A stretch of DNA of 32,000 nucleotides from Megasphaera elsdenii DSM 20460 (GCF_003010495.1 NZ_CP027570.1:1110001-1142000); one strand, 5' to 3'. Positions 24,649 to 31,552 are shown, counted from the stretch's first letter. The notes: generated from the sequence alone by a model not told the origin. Numbers and translations: made by a program.

Positions 24649-25797
24649 ATGGAATTCAAACTTTCTGAATTACAGCAAGATATCGCAAATCTCGCAAAAG
24701 ATTTCGCAGAAAAAAAATTAGCTCCCACTGTCAAAGAACGTGACGAAAAAGAAGTTTTCGATCGTGCTATCCTTGACGAAATGGGTACTCTCGGCCTTCT
24801 CGGTATTCCCTGGGAAGAAGAAAACGGCGGCGTAGGCGCTGACTTCCTCAGCCTCGCAGTTGCTTGCGAAGAAGTAGCTAAAGTTGACCCCTCCATCGCT
24901 CTCAGCTTCGAAGTACACACCATGCTCTGCTCCTGGCCGATTTGGAAATTTGGCACAGCTGAACAGAAAGCTAAATTCCTCAAACCCCTCGCAGAAGGCA
25001 CAAAACTCGGCGCTTTCGGCCTTACTGAACCGAACGCTGGTACCGACGCTTTGAACGGTTCCACCGTTGCTACGAAAAACGAAGACGGCAGCTACACCTT
25101 GAACGGCTCCAAAGTCTTCAACACCAACGGCGGCGAAGCTGACGTTACCGTCGTATTCGCTTCCACGGACAAATCCAAAGGCGCTAAAGGCATGAGCGCT
25201 TTCATCCTCGAAAAAGGTATGGAAGGCTTCACCTATGGCAAAGAAGAAGTTAAAATGGGTATCCGCGCTTCCGTACAGCGTGAACTCGTATTCCAGAACG
25301 TAAAAGTTCCGGCTGAAAACCTCCTCGGCAAAGAAGGCGAAGGCTTCAAGATCGCTATGATGACCCTCGACGGCGGCCGTGTTGGCGTTGGCGCACAGGC
25401 TCTCGGCATTGCGGAAGGCGCTTACAATGCAGCTGTTCAGTATGCTAAAGAACGTACACAGTTCGGCAAACCGATCGCTAAATTCCAGGCTATCAGCTTC
25501 ATGCTCGCTGACATGAAACTCAAAATCGAAACGGCTCGCCTCGCTGTCTACAAAGCAGCTTGGAAAATGGCTCAGCCCGACGTTAAATCCTACTCCGTAG
25601 ACGCAGCTATCGCTAAGAAATACGCTTCTGACGTAGCTATGCAGGTCACCACCGATGCTGTCCAGGTATTCGGCGGCTATGGCTTCACTCGCGAATACCC
25701 GGTTGAACGCTACATGCGCGACGCTAAGATCACTCAGATCTACGAAGGTACCAACCAGGTACAGCAGATGGTTATCTCCGGCGCAATCCTCAGATAA
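24649..25797 (+). CDS. Short-chain acyl-CoA dehydrogenase (candidate acryloyl-CoA reductase / propionyl-CoA dehydrogenase component)
   Basis: A 382-aa protein with GAFGLTEPNAGTDA and C-terminal QIYEGTNQVQQMVISGAILR (catalytic Glu). It looks like a paralogue of butyryl-CoA dehydrogenase and lies downstream of lcdCAB. Confidence 0.88.
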   Translation: MEFKLSELQQDIANLAKDFAEKKLAPTVKERDEKEVFDRAILDEMGTLGLLGIPWEEENGGVGADFLSLAVACEEVAKVDPSIALSFEVHTMLCSWPIWKFGTAEQKAKFLKPLAEGTKLGAFGLTEPNAGTDALNGSTVATKNEDGSYTLNGSKVFNTNGGEADVTVVFASTDKSKGAKGMSAFILEKGMEGFTYGKEEVKMGIRASVQRELVFQNVKVPAENLLGKEGEGFKIAMMTLDGGRVGVGAQALGIAEGAYNAAVQYAKERTQFGKPIAKFQAISFMLADMKLKIETARLAVYKAAWKMAQPDVKSYSVDAAIAKKYASDVAMQVTTDAVQVFGGYGFTREYPVERYMRDAKITQIYEGTNQVQQMVISGAILR

Positions 25798-25880
25798 TCA
25801 AAGAGTTTCCTAACAGAACTCTCCTCCTTTCGAAACACGTATAGAAATAGTATAAAACAGTATGAGATAAAACCGCTTAC

Positions 25881-25918
25881 AAAGAGAGGCTGTCGCCGAT
25901 GCGACAGCCTCTCTTTTT
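25881..25918. terminator. Bidirectional terminator between acd and the panE-like gene (CTGTCGC-family)
   Basis: AAAGAGAGGCTGTCGC-cgat-GCGACAGCCTCTCTTT is followed by TT. The A tract upstream and the T tract downstream serve both strands. Confidence 0.8.
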
Positions 25919-25933
25919 GCGTTTGGAGCGCCT

Positions 25934-26827
25934 TTACACCAAGGCTTGATAGCACTTTTCCGATATGGGGACGGGCACGCCATACTGATGGGCCAGGCGG
26001 ATGAGGGCGCCGCTGAAGGTATCCAGTTCGCTCTGGTGACCGGCAGCGATGTCTCGTTTGAGGGAGCTCGTGGCGTCCATGTCGTCGCTGCCCAGGATGC
26101 GCCGGTACTGGTCGTCGACGACGTCATCGGGCAGGGGAACGCCGGCAGCCTTGCCGACGTCATAGGCTTCCTGCAGGAGGGCCCGGAATTCTTCCTTGCC
26201 CTGGGGCTGGGAGAGGGCTCCGCCGATAGATGTCCGGTAATATGCCGTCAGGACGTTGTAAGCGCAGTTGAGGATGAATTTGCGCCATATTTCGACGGTG
26301 ATGTTCTCTGCGATGCAGCAAGTCAGGCCCGGATGATTTAGGACATCGTAGACCTTCTTCGTCGCTTCAGCGTCATCGGATCCGATGTAGATACGGGCGA
26401 AGCGCCCTTCCTGGCGGATGGAATAGTCTTCTTGATAAGACGATGTGATGTAAATGGCTGAGTCAACGATTTTCCCGTTCTTCATGATGGATGTAGCCGT
26501 ATCGTGATAGGTGAAGCCATTGAGGACGGGGACGACGATCGTATCGTCACCGATGCAGGGCAGGACCGCTGTCAGGGCTGCTTCCAGGGAATAATTCTTG
26601 ACGCAGACGAAAATCACATCCTGTATGCCTGCCGAAGATGGATCATCGGTGACAGCCGGGTGGGCGACGTGGTGGCCGAAGAAGTCGCTGTGGACGACGA
26701 GGCCCTTCGTCTGGAGCGATTCTTTGCGCTTTTTCCGGGCAACGAGTGTCACATCATCATAATTGGCACAGAGGACGGACGCGATATATCCCCCGACGCC
26801 GCCAATGCCAGTAACCATAATTTTCAT
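25934..26827 (-). CDS. 2-dehydropantoate 2-reductase family protein (PanE/ApbA fold)
   Basis: MKIMVTGIGGVGGYIASVL is a Rossmann GxGxxG N-terminus. The 297-aa length and C-terminal helical domain are typical of the KPR family. Confidence 0.75.
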   Translation of the reverse strand: MKIMVTGIGGVGGYIASVLCANYDDVTLVARKKRKESLQTKGLVVHSDFFGHHVAHPAVTDDPSSAGIQDVIFVCVKNYSLEAALTAVLPCIGDDTIVVPVLNGFTYHDTATSIMKNGKIVDSAIYITSSYQEDYSIRQEGRFARIYIGSDDAEATKKVYDVLNHPGLTCCIAENITVEIWRKFILNCAYNVLTAYYRTSIGGALSQPQGKEEFRALLQEAYDVGKAAGVPLPDDVVDDQYRRILGSDDMDATSSLKRDIAAGHQSELDTFSGALIRLAHQYGVPVPISEKCYQALV

Positions 26828-26939
26828 AGTATCAACCTCTTTCGATGAACAACGTACATCTTATTATCGCACAGGGCTGGATAAAGGGCAAATAGGGAAG
26901 GGTATGCCCAAAAAGTATATAAAAACAACATATGAACAC

Positions 26940-26968
26940 TTGAACATATTTAACTTTAATGGTATCAT
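26940..26968 (+). promoter_or_regulatory. Probable ATPase promoter (TTGAAC-17-TGgTATCAT), overlapped by an imperfect inverted repeat at 26930-26949
   Basis: -35 at 26940-26945, an exact 17-nt spacer, and -10 TATCAT at 26963-26968 with TG at -15/-14. In ATATGAACAC|TTGAACATAT, 7 of 10 positions are symmetric, and it contains the ATATGAACA half-site seen in SmtB/CzrA-type operators. Confidence 0.5.
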
Positions 26969-27006
26969 GGAGGCAAATACAAAGGATTCCCAAAGGAGGC
27001 ATATCT

Positions 27007-28968
27007 ATGGCAGAAGAATTTTTGAAAGACCACGGCTGTTCCTGCTGCAACGGCCATCACGACGAAGACGAAGGCATCAAACTGAATGAAGTCGGCACCT
27101 GCAGTTGTGGCTACGGCGACGATGAGGACGATGAAGAAGAAAGTCCCTTGTGGACCCTCATCGCCGGTACCGTCCTCTTTTTAATTACCTACCTGACGAA
27201 TATCATCCCGGAAGCCGTTTCCCTGCCGGCTTATATCATCGCCTATCTGCTCTTAGGCTATGGCGTTCTGCGGGAAGCTGGGGAAAATATCATGAAGCGC
27301 CGGCCTTTCGATGAAAATTTCCTCATGGCCGTCGCTACCATCGGTGCTTTTGCTATCGGGGACTATCCGGAAGCTGTCGCCGTCATGCTTTTCAGCCGCA
27401 TTGGCGAAGCCATGGAAGACCGGGCTGTCCACCGCAGCCGCAAACAAGTGGCCGCTGCCATCGATATGCGTCCAGAAGTGGTCCACCGCTTAGGGGCTGA
27501 TGGCTCGACGGTCACGATTCCGGCGAAAGAAGCCATAGCCGGTGATGTCGTCGTCGTCCGCGTCGGCGACCGCATCCCCCTGGACGGCATCGTCACGGCC
27601 GGCGAGAGCCTTATCGATACGTCGGCCTTGACCGGGGAACCAGTGCCGGTCATCTGCCGGGAAGGGGCGGAAGTCCTGTCGGGCAGCATCAATACGACAG
27701 GTGTCCTGCAGGTCAAAGTGACGAAGCCCTTGGACGAATCGATGGTCACAAAAATCCTGGAGTCCGTCGAAAGGGCAGCGGCCCGCAAGCCGAAAATCGA
27801 CCGCTTTATTACCCGTTTCTCCCGCATCTACACGCCGGCTGTCGTCGCCATCGCCGCCGCTACGGCTATCGTCCCATCCCTGGTGACCGGCCAGTGGCAC
27901 TACTGGATTTACACGGCCCTGACCTTCCTGGTCATCAGCTGTCCCTGCGCCCTGGTCCTCAGCGTACCTTTGAGTTTCTTTGCCGGTATCGGCGCGGCGT
28001 CCAAGCAGGGCATCCTCTTCAAGGGCGGCATTGCTATGGAACAGATGAAGCATATCAAAGCTGTCGTCTTCGATAAGACCGGGACCATTACCAAAGGCAA
28101 TTTCGTCGTCCACCAAGTTCTCCCTGCCGATAACCGCAGTGCCGATGACGTCCTCTGCCTCTGTGCGTCGGCAGAACAGGCGTCGAACCATCCCATTGCC
28201 CGCAGCGTCGTCGCCCAGGCTTGTGAACAGGGCCTGCGCCTTACAGAACCGTCGGCCATGGAAGAAATCGCCGGCCAGGGCCTGAAAGCCCGCGTCGGCA
28301 GCCATGACGTCCTCTGCGGCAATCGCCAGCTCCTGGACGGCCAGCACATCACCTTGCCGGCCATGGATAAGGTGGAATACGGTTCGGAACTGTACGTCGC
28401 CGTCGATGGGGCCTATGCGGGCCGGGTGGTCATTTCGGACACTATCAAAGACGATGCCGTCGATGCCATTCAGGCTATTTCCCGTATGGGCATTACGACG
28501 GCCATGCTTACTGGCGATTCCCAGCAGGCAGCGGACTACATCGCTTCCAAGACGGGCATCGACGATGTCCGGGCCAAGCTGTTGCCGCAGGATAAAGTCA
28601 ACCAGATGGATGTGCTGCGCCAGCAGTACGGTCCGGTCCTCTTCGTCGGCGACGGCATCAATGATGCGCCTGTCCTGGCCGGGGCCGATGTCGGTGCCGC
28701 CATGGGAAGCGGGGCCGATGCGGCTGTCGAAGCGGCCGATGTCGTCTTCATGCAGTCCCGTGTCAGCGCCGTACCGGCAGCGCTCCACCTGTCCCGGGAA
28801 ACCATGAAGATCGCCATGGAAAATGTCGTCTTTGCCTTAGGCATCAAAGCCGTCGTCATGATCGCCGGTTTTGCCGGCTATGCTTCCATGTGGGCTGCCG
28901 TCTTTGCCGACTCCGGCGTGGCCGCTCTCTGTGTCCTCAATTCAGTGCGCATGCTTTACAAAAAATAA
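27007..28968 (+). CDS. Heavy-metal P1B-type ATPase, Zn/Cd/(Co)-exporting subtype
   Basis: Motifs are CPC in SCPCALVLS, DKTGTIT, SNHP, GDGINDAP, and a final-TM FADSGV (DxG) instead of the Cu-type MxxSS. The N-terminus is Cys/His/Asp-rich. ATG 27007 lies 7 nt after AAAGGAGG. Confidence 0.88.
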   Translation: MAEEFLKDHGCSCCNGHHDEDEGIKLNEVGTCSCGYGDDEDDEEESPLWTLIAGTVLFLITYLTNIIPEAVSLPAYIIAYLLLGYGVLREAGENIMKRRPFDENFLMAVATIGAFAIGDYPEAVAVMLFSRIGEAMEDRAVHRSRKQVAAAIDMRPEVVHRLGADGSTVTIPAKEAIAGDVVVVRVGDRIPLDGIVTAGESLIDTSALTGEPVPVICREGAEVLSGSINTTGVLQVKVTKPLDESMVTKILESVERAAARKPKIDRFITRFSRIYTPAVVAIAAATAIVPSLVTGQWHYWIYTALTFLVISCPCALVLSVPLSFFAGIGAASKQGILFKGGIAMEQMKHIKAVVFDKTGTITKGNFVVHQVLPADNRSADDVLCLCASAEQASNHPIARSVVAQACEQGLRLTEPSAMEEIAGQGLKARVGSHDVLCGNRQLLDGQHITLPAMDKVEYGSELYVAVDGAYAGRVVISDTIKDDAVDAIQAISRMGITTAMLTGDSQQAADYIASKTGIDDVRAKLLPQDKVNQMDVLRQQYGPVLFVGDGINDAPVLAGADVGAAMGSGADAAVEAADVVFMQSRVSAVPAALHLSRETMKIAMENVVFALGIKAVVMIAGFAGYASMWAAVFADSGVAALCVLNSVRMLYKK

Positions 28969-29060
28969 AGCCTTTCTGGCAAATAGGTAATAAAAACGTT
29001 TAACCAAATTAATAATATAACGTTTAACGGAATAAAATTTAAAAATATTAATAAAAAGCC

Positions 29061-29090
29061 TTGACAATCAGCCTCTTTTCATGGATAATA
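29061..29090 (+). promoter_or_regulatory. Promoter of the T-box leader (TTGACA-17-GATAAT)
   Basis: -35 TTGACA at 29061-29066, a 17-nt spacer ending in TG, and GATAAT at 29084-29089. Confidence 0.7.
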
Positions 29091-29134
29091 GGCACATCAC
29101 ACAAACAGGGCACTGTGAAAGCAGTGCAGATATA

Positions 29135-29380
29135 CTGACGATGAACGGGTAAAAGACGAGATCCCATCCTCTGCAGAGAGCCGGCGGTGCTGAGAATCCG
29201 GCGAGGTGCAATCGTCCGACTTCGCCCGGGAGTTTCTGTACCGACTGTTTTTCTAGGGAATTGAGGTACAGACGCAATCCCGCGTTATAGGATGTCTGTC
29301 AAAGACACTGAGTATAATGACAGGGTGGTACCGCGACTCATCGCCCCTGTTGCTCCGCCGGAGCAGCAGGGGCTTTTTAT
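29135..29380 (+). promoter_or_regulatory. T-box riboswitch leader (tRNA-sensing transcription attenuator); specifier tentatively UUC (Phe)
   Basis: - K-turn: GAC-GAU-GA at 29137-29144, paired with GGAG at 29229-29232.
- AG bulge CAGAGAG at 29174-29180, and distal loop GGTGCTGAGAA.
- Specifier loop 3' side: CGAC-UUC-G at 29217-29224.
- Stem II: TCTGTACC/GGTACAGA. F-box-like CGCGTTAT. Stem III: TGTCT/AGACA.
- Conserved T-box sequence AATGACAGGGTGGTACCGCG at 29317-29335.
- Terminator: CCCCTGTTGCTCC-gccg-GGAGCAGCAGGGG plus T5 at 29344-29379. Confidence 0.85.
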
Positions 29381-29460
29381 ATCCCCTGGGTGTGACTTTT
29401 ACAGTATTCATTATCAATTTATGTTAGGTATTTTGGTATTCAGGTAAAGAGGTATTGGCT

Positions 29461-30783
29461 ATGGAAAAAGCAATGGGTAAGATCATGACCGCCGCAGCTG
29501 AAACGCGGGCTGCTGCTGGTACGATGACGAACTTCCGATGGAAAATCGCGTTTTTAATCTTTTTAATCAGTTTTGTCGCTTATATGGACCGCGTCAACCT
29601 TTCCGTTGCAACGCCGGTCATCATGCAGGAATTTGGTTTCACCAAAATCGACATGGGCTTCATTCAGACCTGTTTCTTCGCCAGCTACGCTTTGATGCAG
29701 GTCCCCGGCGGTATCCTGGCTGAAAAATTCGGCATGCGCAAGACCGGGGCTTTGGCTATTCTTTGGTGGTCCGTCTTCACGGCCCTGACTGCCTTAGCTA
29801 AAGGCAAGATCAGCTTCGCTGCTGTCCGCCTGGCTTTCGGCCTCGGCGAAGGTCCCGTTTTCCCGTCCTTAGGGGCTGCCACCTTTACGTGGTTCAATAA
29901 ACACGAAAAAGGCAAGGCCAGCTCGTCCATCTTATTAGGCACCTTCTTCGGCCCCGTCGTCGGTCCCGTCGCTACAGTCGCTCTCATGGGCCTCTTCGGC
30001 TGGCACGCCGTCTTCATCATCTTCGGTCTCGTCGGCATCGCCCTGGCCTGGGTATGGCACCGCTTCGCCTGCGATAATCCGGCAGACAGCCCTTATGTCA
30101 ATGCGGAAGAAGCTGCTTACATCAACGAAGGCCGTTCGGCTGACTCCCTGAAGAAAGCCGTCGCTCCCTGGAGCAAATTCCTTCGTTCGACCCAGTTCTG
30201 GGCTGTCGGCATCCAGTTCATGGTCGTCGACTACATCATGTACGTCTTCCTGGCATGGCTTCCCATGTATTTGACGGAAGTTCACAACATGTCCCTGAAA
30301 TCCATGGGCTTCTGGGCTTCCTGCCCGTGGATTGCTTTGATGGCTATGGTCTTCTTAGCCGGCTTCGTTTCCGACAAGATCGCCAATGGCAGCCACAGCG
30401 AAATGCAGTATAAAATGCGTACCGTTACGGCCATGGCCGGCGTAGCCGTTACGTCTCTCGGCCTGTACATCGCATCTCATACGGCCGACCCGGCTATGAA
30501 CATCTTCTGGATGTCCGTTTCCCTCGGTGCTTTGGGCTTCGCTATGAGCGCCAGCTGGTCTTCCGTCATCTCCCTGGGCGGCAAATACACCGGTTCCGTT
30601 TCCGGCTGGATCAACCTCTGGGGCAACATCGGCGGCGTCCTGGCTCCGATTGTCACCGCTTTCTTCGTCACCAACTACGGCTGGAACAATGCCTTCACGG
30701 CAACGTCCCTGTTCGGCATCATCGCCATCGTAGCCTGGATCTTCGTAAAACCGGGCAAACAACTCGTCCCGCAGGATAAGTGA
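29461..30783 (+). CDS. MFS transporter, anion:cation symporter (ACS) family (hexuronate/galactonate/aromatic-acid transporter-like)
   Basis: Twelve predicted TM segments. The motifs FVAYMDRVNLSVATP and GGILAEKFGMRKT (MFS motif A region) are typical of DgoT/ExuT/GudP-like carriers. ATG 29461 lies 8 nt after AAAGAGG; the track TTG at 29455 is too close to the SD. Confidence 0.8.
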   Translation: MEKAMGKIMTAAAETRAAAGTMTNFRWKIAFLIFLISFVAYMDRVNLSVATPVIMQEFGFTKIDMGFIQTCFFASYALMQVPGGILAEKFGMRKTGALAILWWSVFTALTALAKGKISFAAVRLAFGLGEGPVFPSLGAATFTWFNKHEKGKASSSILLGTFFGPVVGPVATVALMGLFGWHAVFIIFGLVGIALAWVWHRFACDNPADSPYVNAEEAAYINEGRSADSLKKAVAPWSKFLRSTQFWAVGIQFMVVDYIMYVFLAWLPMYLTEVHNMSLKSMGFWASCPWIALMAMVFLAGFVSDKIANGSHSEMQYKMRTVTAMAGVAVTSLGLYIASHTADPAMNIFWMSVSLGALGFAMSASWSSVISLGGKYTGSVSGWINLWGNIGGVLAPIVTAFFVTNYGWNNAFTATSLFGIIAIVAWIFVKPGKQLVPQDK

Positions 30784-30784
30784 T

Positions 30785-30804
30785 TAGTGGCTAGGGGCTA
30801 GTAG
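30785..30804 (+). repeat. Heptamer array TAGTGGC TAGGGGC TAGTAG immediately after the MFS stop codon
   Basis: The TGA stop is at 30781. TAG then occurs at 30785, 30792 and 30799 (period 7), so all three frames are closed within 14 nt of the stop. Confidence 0.8.
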
Positions 30805-30932
30805 GGGCCGTCCCAAAGGGCGGCCCGCAGACCGCAGGCCGCGGATACATTCGTAGGGGCCGTCCCAAAGGGCGGCCCGCAGACCGCAGGCCACGGATAC
30901 ATTCGTAGGGGCCGTCCCAAAGGGCGGCCCGC
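30801..30932 (+). repeat. 52-nt tandem repeat, 2.5 copies, of the GTAGGGG hairpin module
   Basis: Copies start at 30801, 30853 and 30905. Copies 1 and 2 differ at one base (G 30841 vs A 30893). The unit is GTAGGGGCCGTCCCAAAGGGCGGCCCGCAGACCGCAGGCCGCGGATACATTC. Confidence 0.95.
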
Positions 30933-30941
30933 TTTTTTTTT
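30905..30941 (+). terminator. Rho-independent terminator of the MFS gene, formed by the last repeat copy
   Basis: GGGCCGTCCC-aaa-GGGCGGCCC is followed by GC and T9 (30933-30941). Confidence 0.85.
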
Positions 30942-30952
30942 GAAATTTTTTA

Positions 30953-30979
30953 TTAGCACTCACTTGACAAGAGTGCTAA
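30953..30979. promoter_or_regulatory. CIRCE element (HrcA operator), perfect consensus
   Basis: TTAGCACTC-N9-GAGTGCTAA, exact in both arms. The N9 contains the -35 of the hsp20 promoter. Confidence 0.92.
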
Positions 30980-30992
30980 TAGGGTCTATGAT
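30964..30992 (+). promoter_or_regulatory. hsp20 promoter (TTGACA-17-TATGAT) embedded in CIRCE
   Basis: -35 at 30964-30969, an exact 17-nt spacer, and -10 at 30987-30992. Confidence 0.75.
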
Positions 30993-31109
30993 ATAGCTGT
31001 AATCAGGAAGAGGTTACAGAGAGATAAGCAAAAAGGTCAAAAGAACAGAACTGAAAAGAAGGTTCACTCATAGCAACAATGAACGATATGTTGAAAGAGG
31101 GTAATGATT

Positions 31110-31550
31110 ATGATGAAAGGTTTATTTCCAGTTGTAACGAACAGTGATTTTGTATTCCCTGATACGATTTTTGACAACTTCTTCAATGGTTTTGAAAATC
31201 CGACAGAAGCGAACTACCGCGTTCCGCAGGTAGATATCGAAGATACGGACAAGGCTTATATCCTGACGACGGATCTGCCGGGTGTCGCTAAAGAAGATAT
31301 CAACGTCAGCTACAAAGATGACGTCCTGACGTTGACGGCAAAACATGAAGAAAAGAAAGATGAAAAAGACGATAAGAAGAAATATATCCGCAAAGAACGC
31401 AGCAGCCATACTTTCTGCCGTCAGTTCACGGTCCGCAACATCCAGAAAGATGGTATCCAGGCAGCCTTTAAAGACGGTGTCTTGACCATAACCCTGCCGA
31501 AAGAAGACCCGAAGAAAGTGGCCGAAGCCCATCGAATCGAAGTTAAATAA
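31110..31550 (+). CDS. hsp20: Small heat-shock protein (Hsp20/alpha-crystallin family)
   Basis: An alpha-crystallin domain is indicated by PQVDIEDTDKAYILTTDLPGVAKEDINVSYKDDVLTLTAK...F.RQF...AAFKDGVLTITLPK. ATG 31110 lies 8 nt after GAGGG. Confidence 0.9.
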   Translation: MMKGLFPVVTNSDFVFPDTIFDNFFNGFENPTEANYRVPQVDIEDTDKAYILTTDLPGVAKEDINVSYKDDVLTLTAKHEEKKDEKDDKKKYIRKERSSHTFCRQFTVRNIQKDGIQAAFKDGVLTITLPKEDPKKVAEAHRIEVK

Positions 31551-31552
31551 TT

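Noticed and set aside
28995-29028. Direct repeats AACGTTTAAC (28995-29004 and 29019-29028) upstream of the T-box promoter.
   Set aside because: - There are only two short copies in very AT-rich DNA.
- They have no symmetry partner or conservation evidence.
- They could be UP-element-like sequence or chance.
30801-30932. Possible CRISPR array, because of regularly spaced GC-rich palindromic repeats.
   Set aside because: - The whole 52-nt period is repeated, so the would-be spacers are identical too.
- There are only 2.5 copies.
- There are no cas genes or leader.
- It is a plain tandem repeat.
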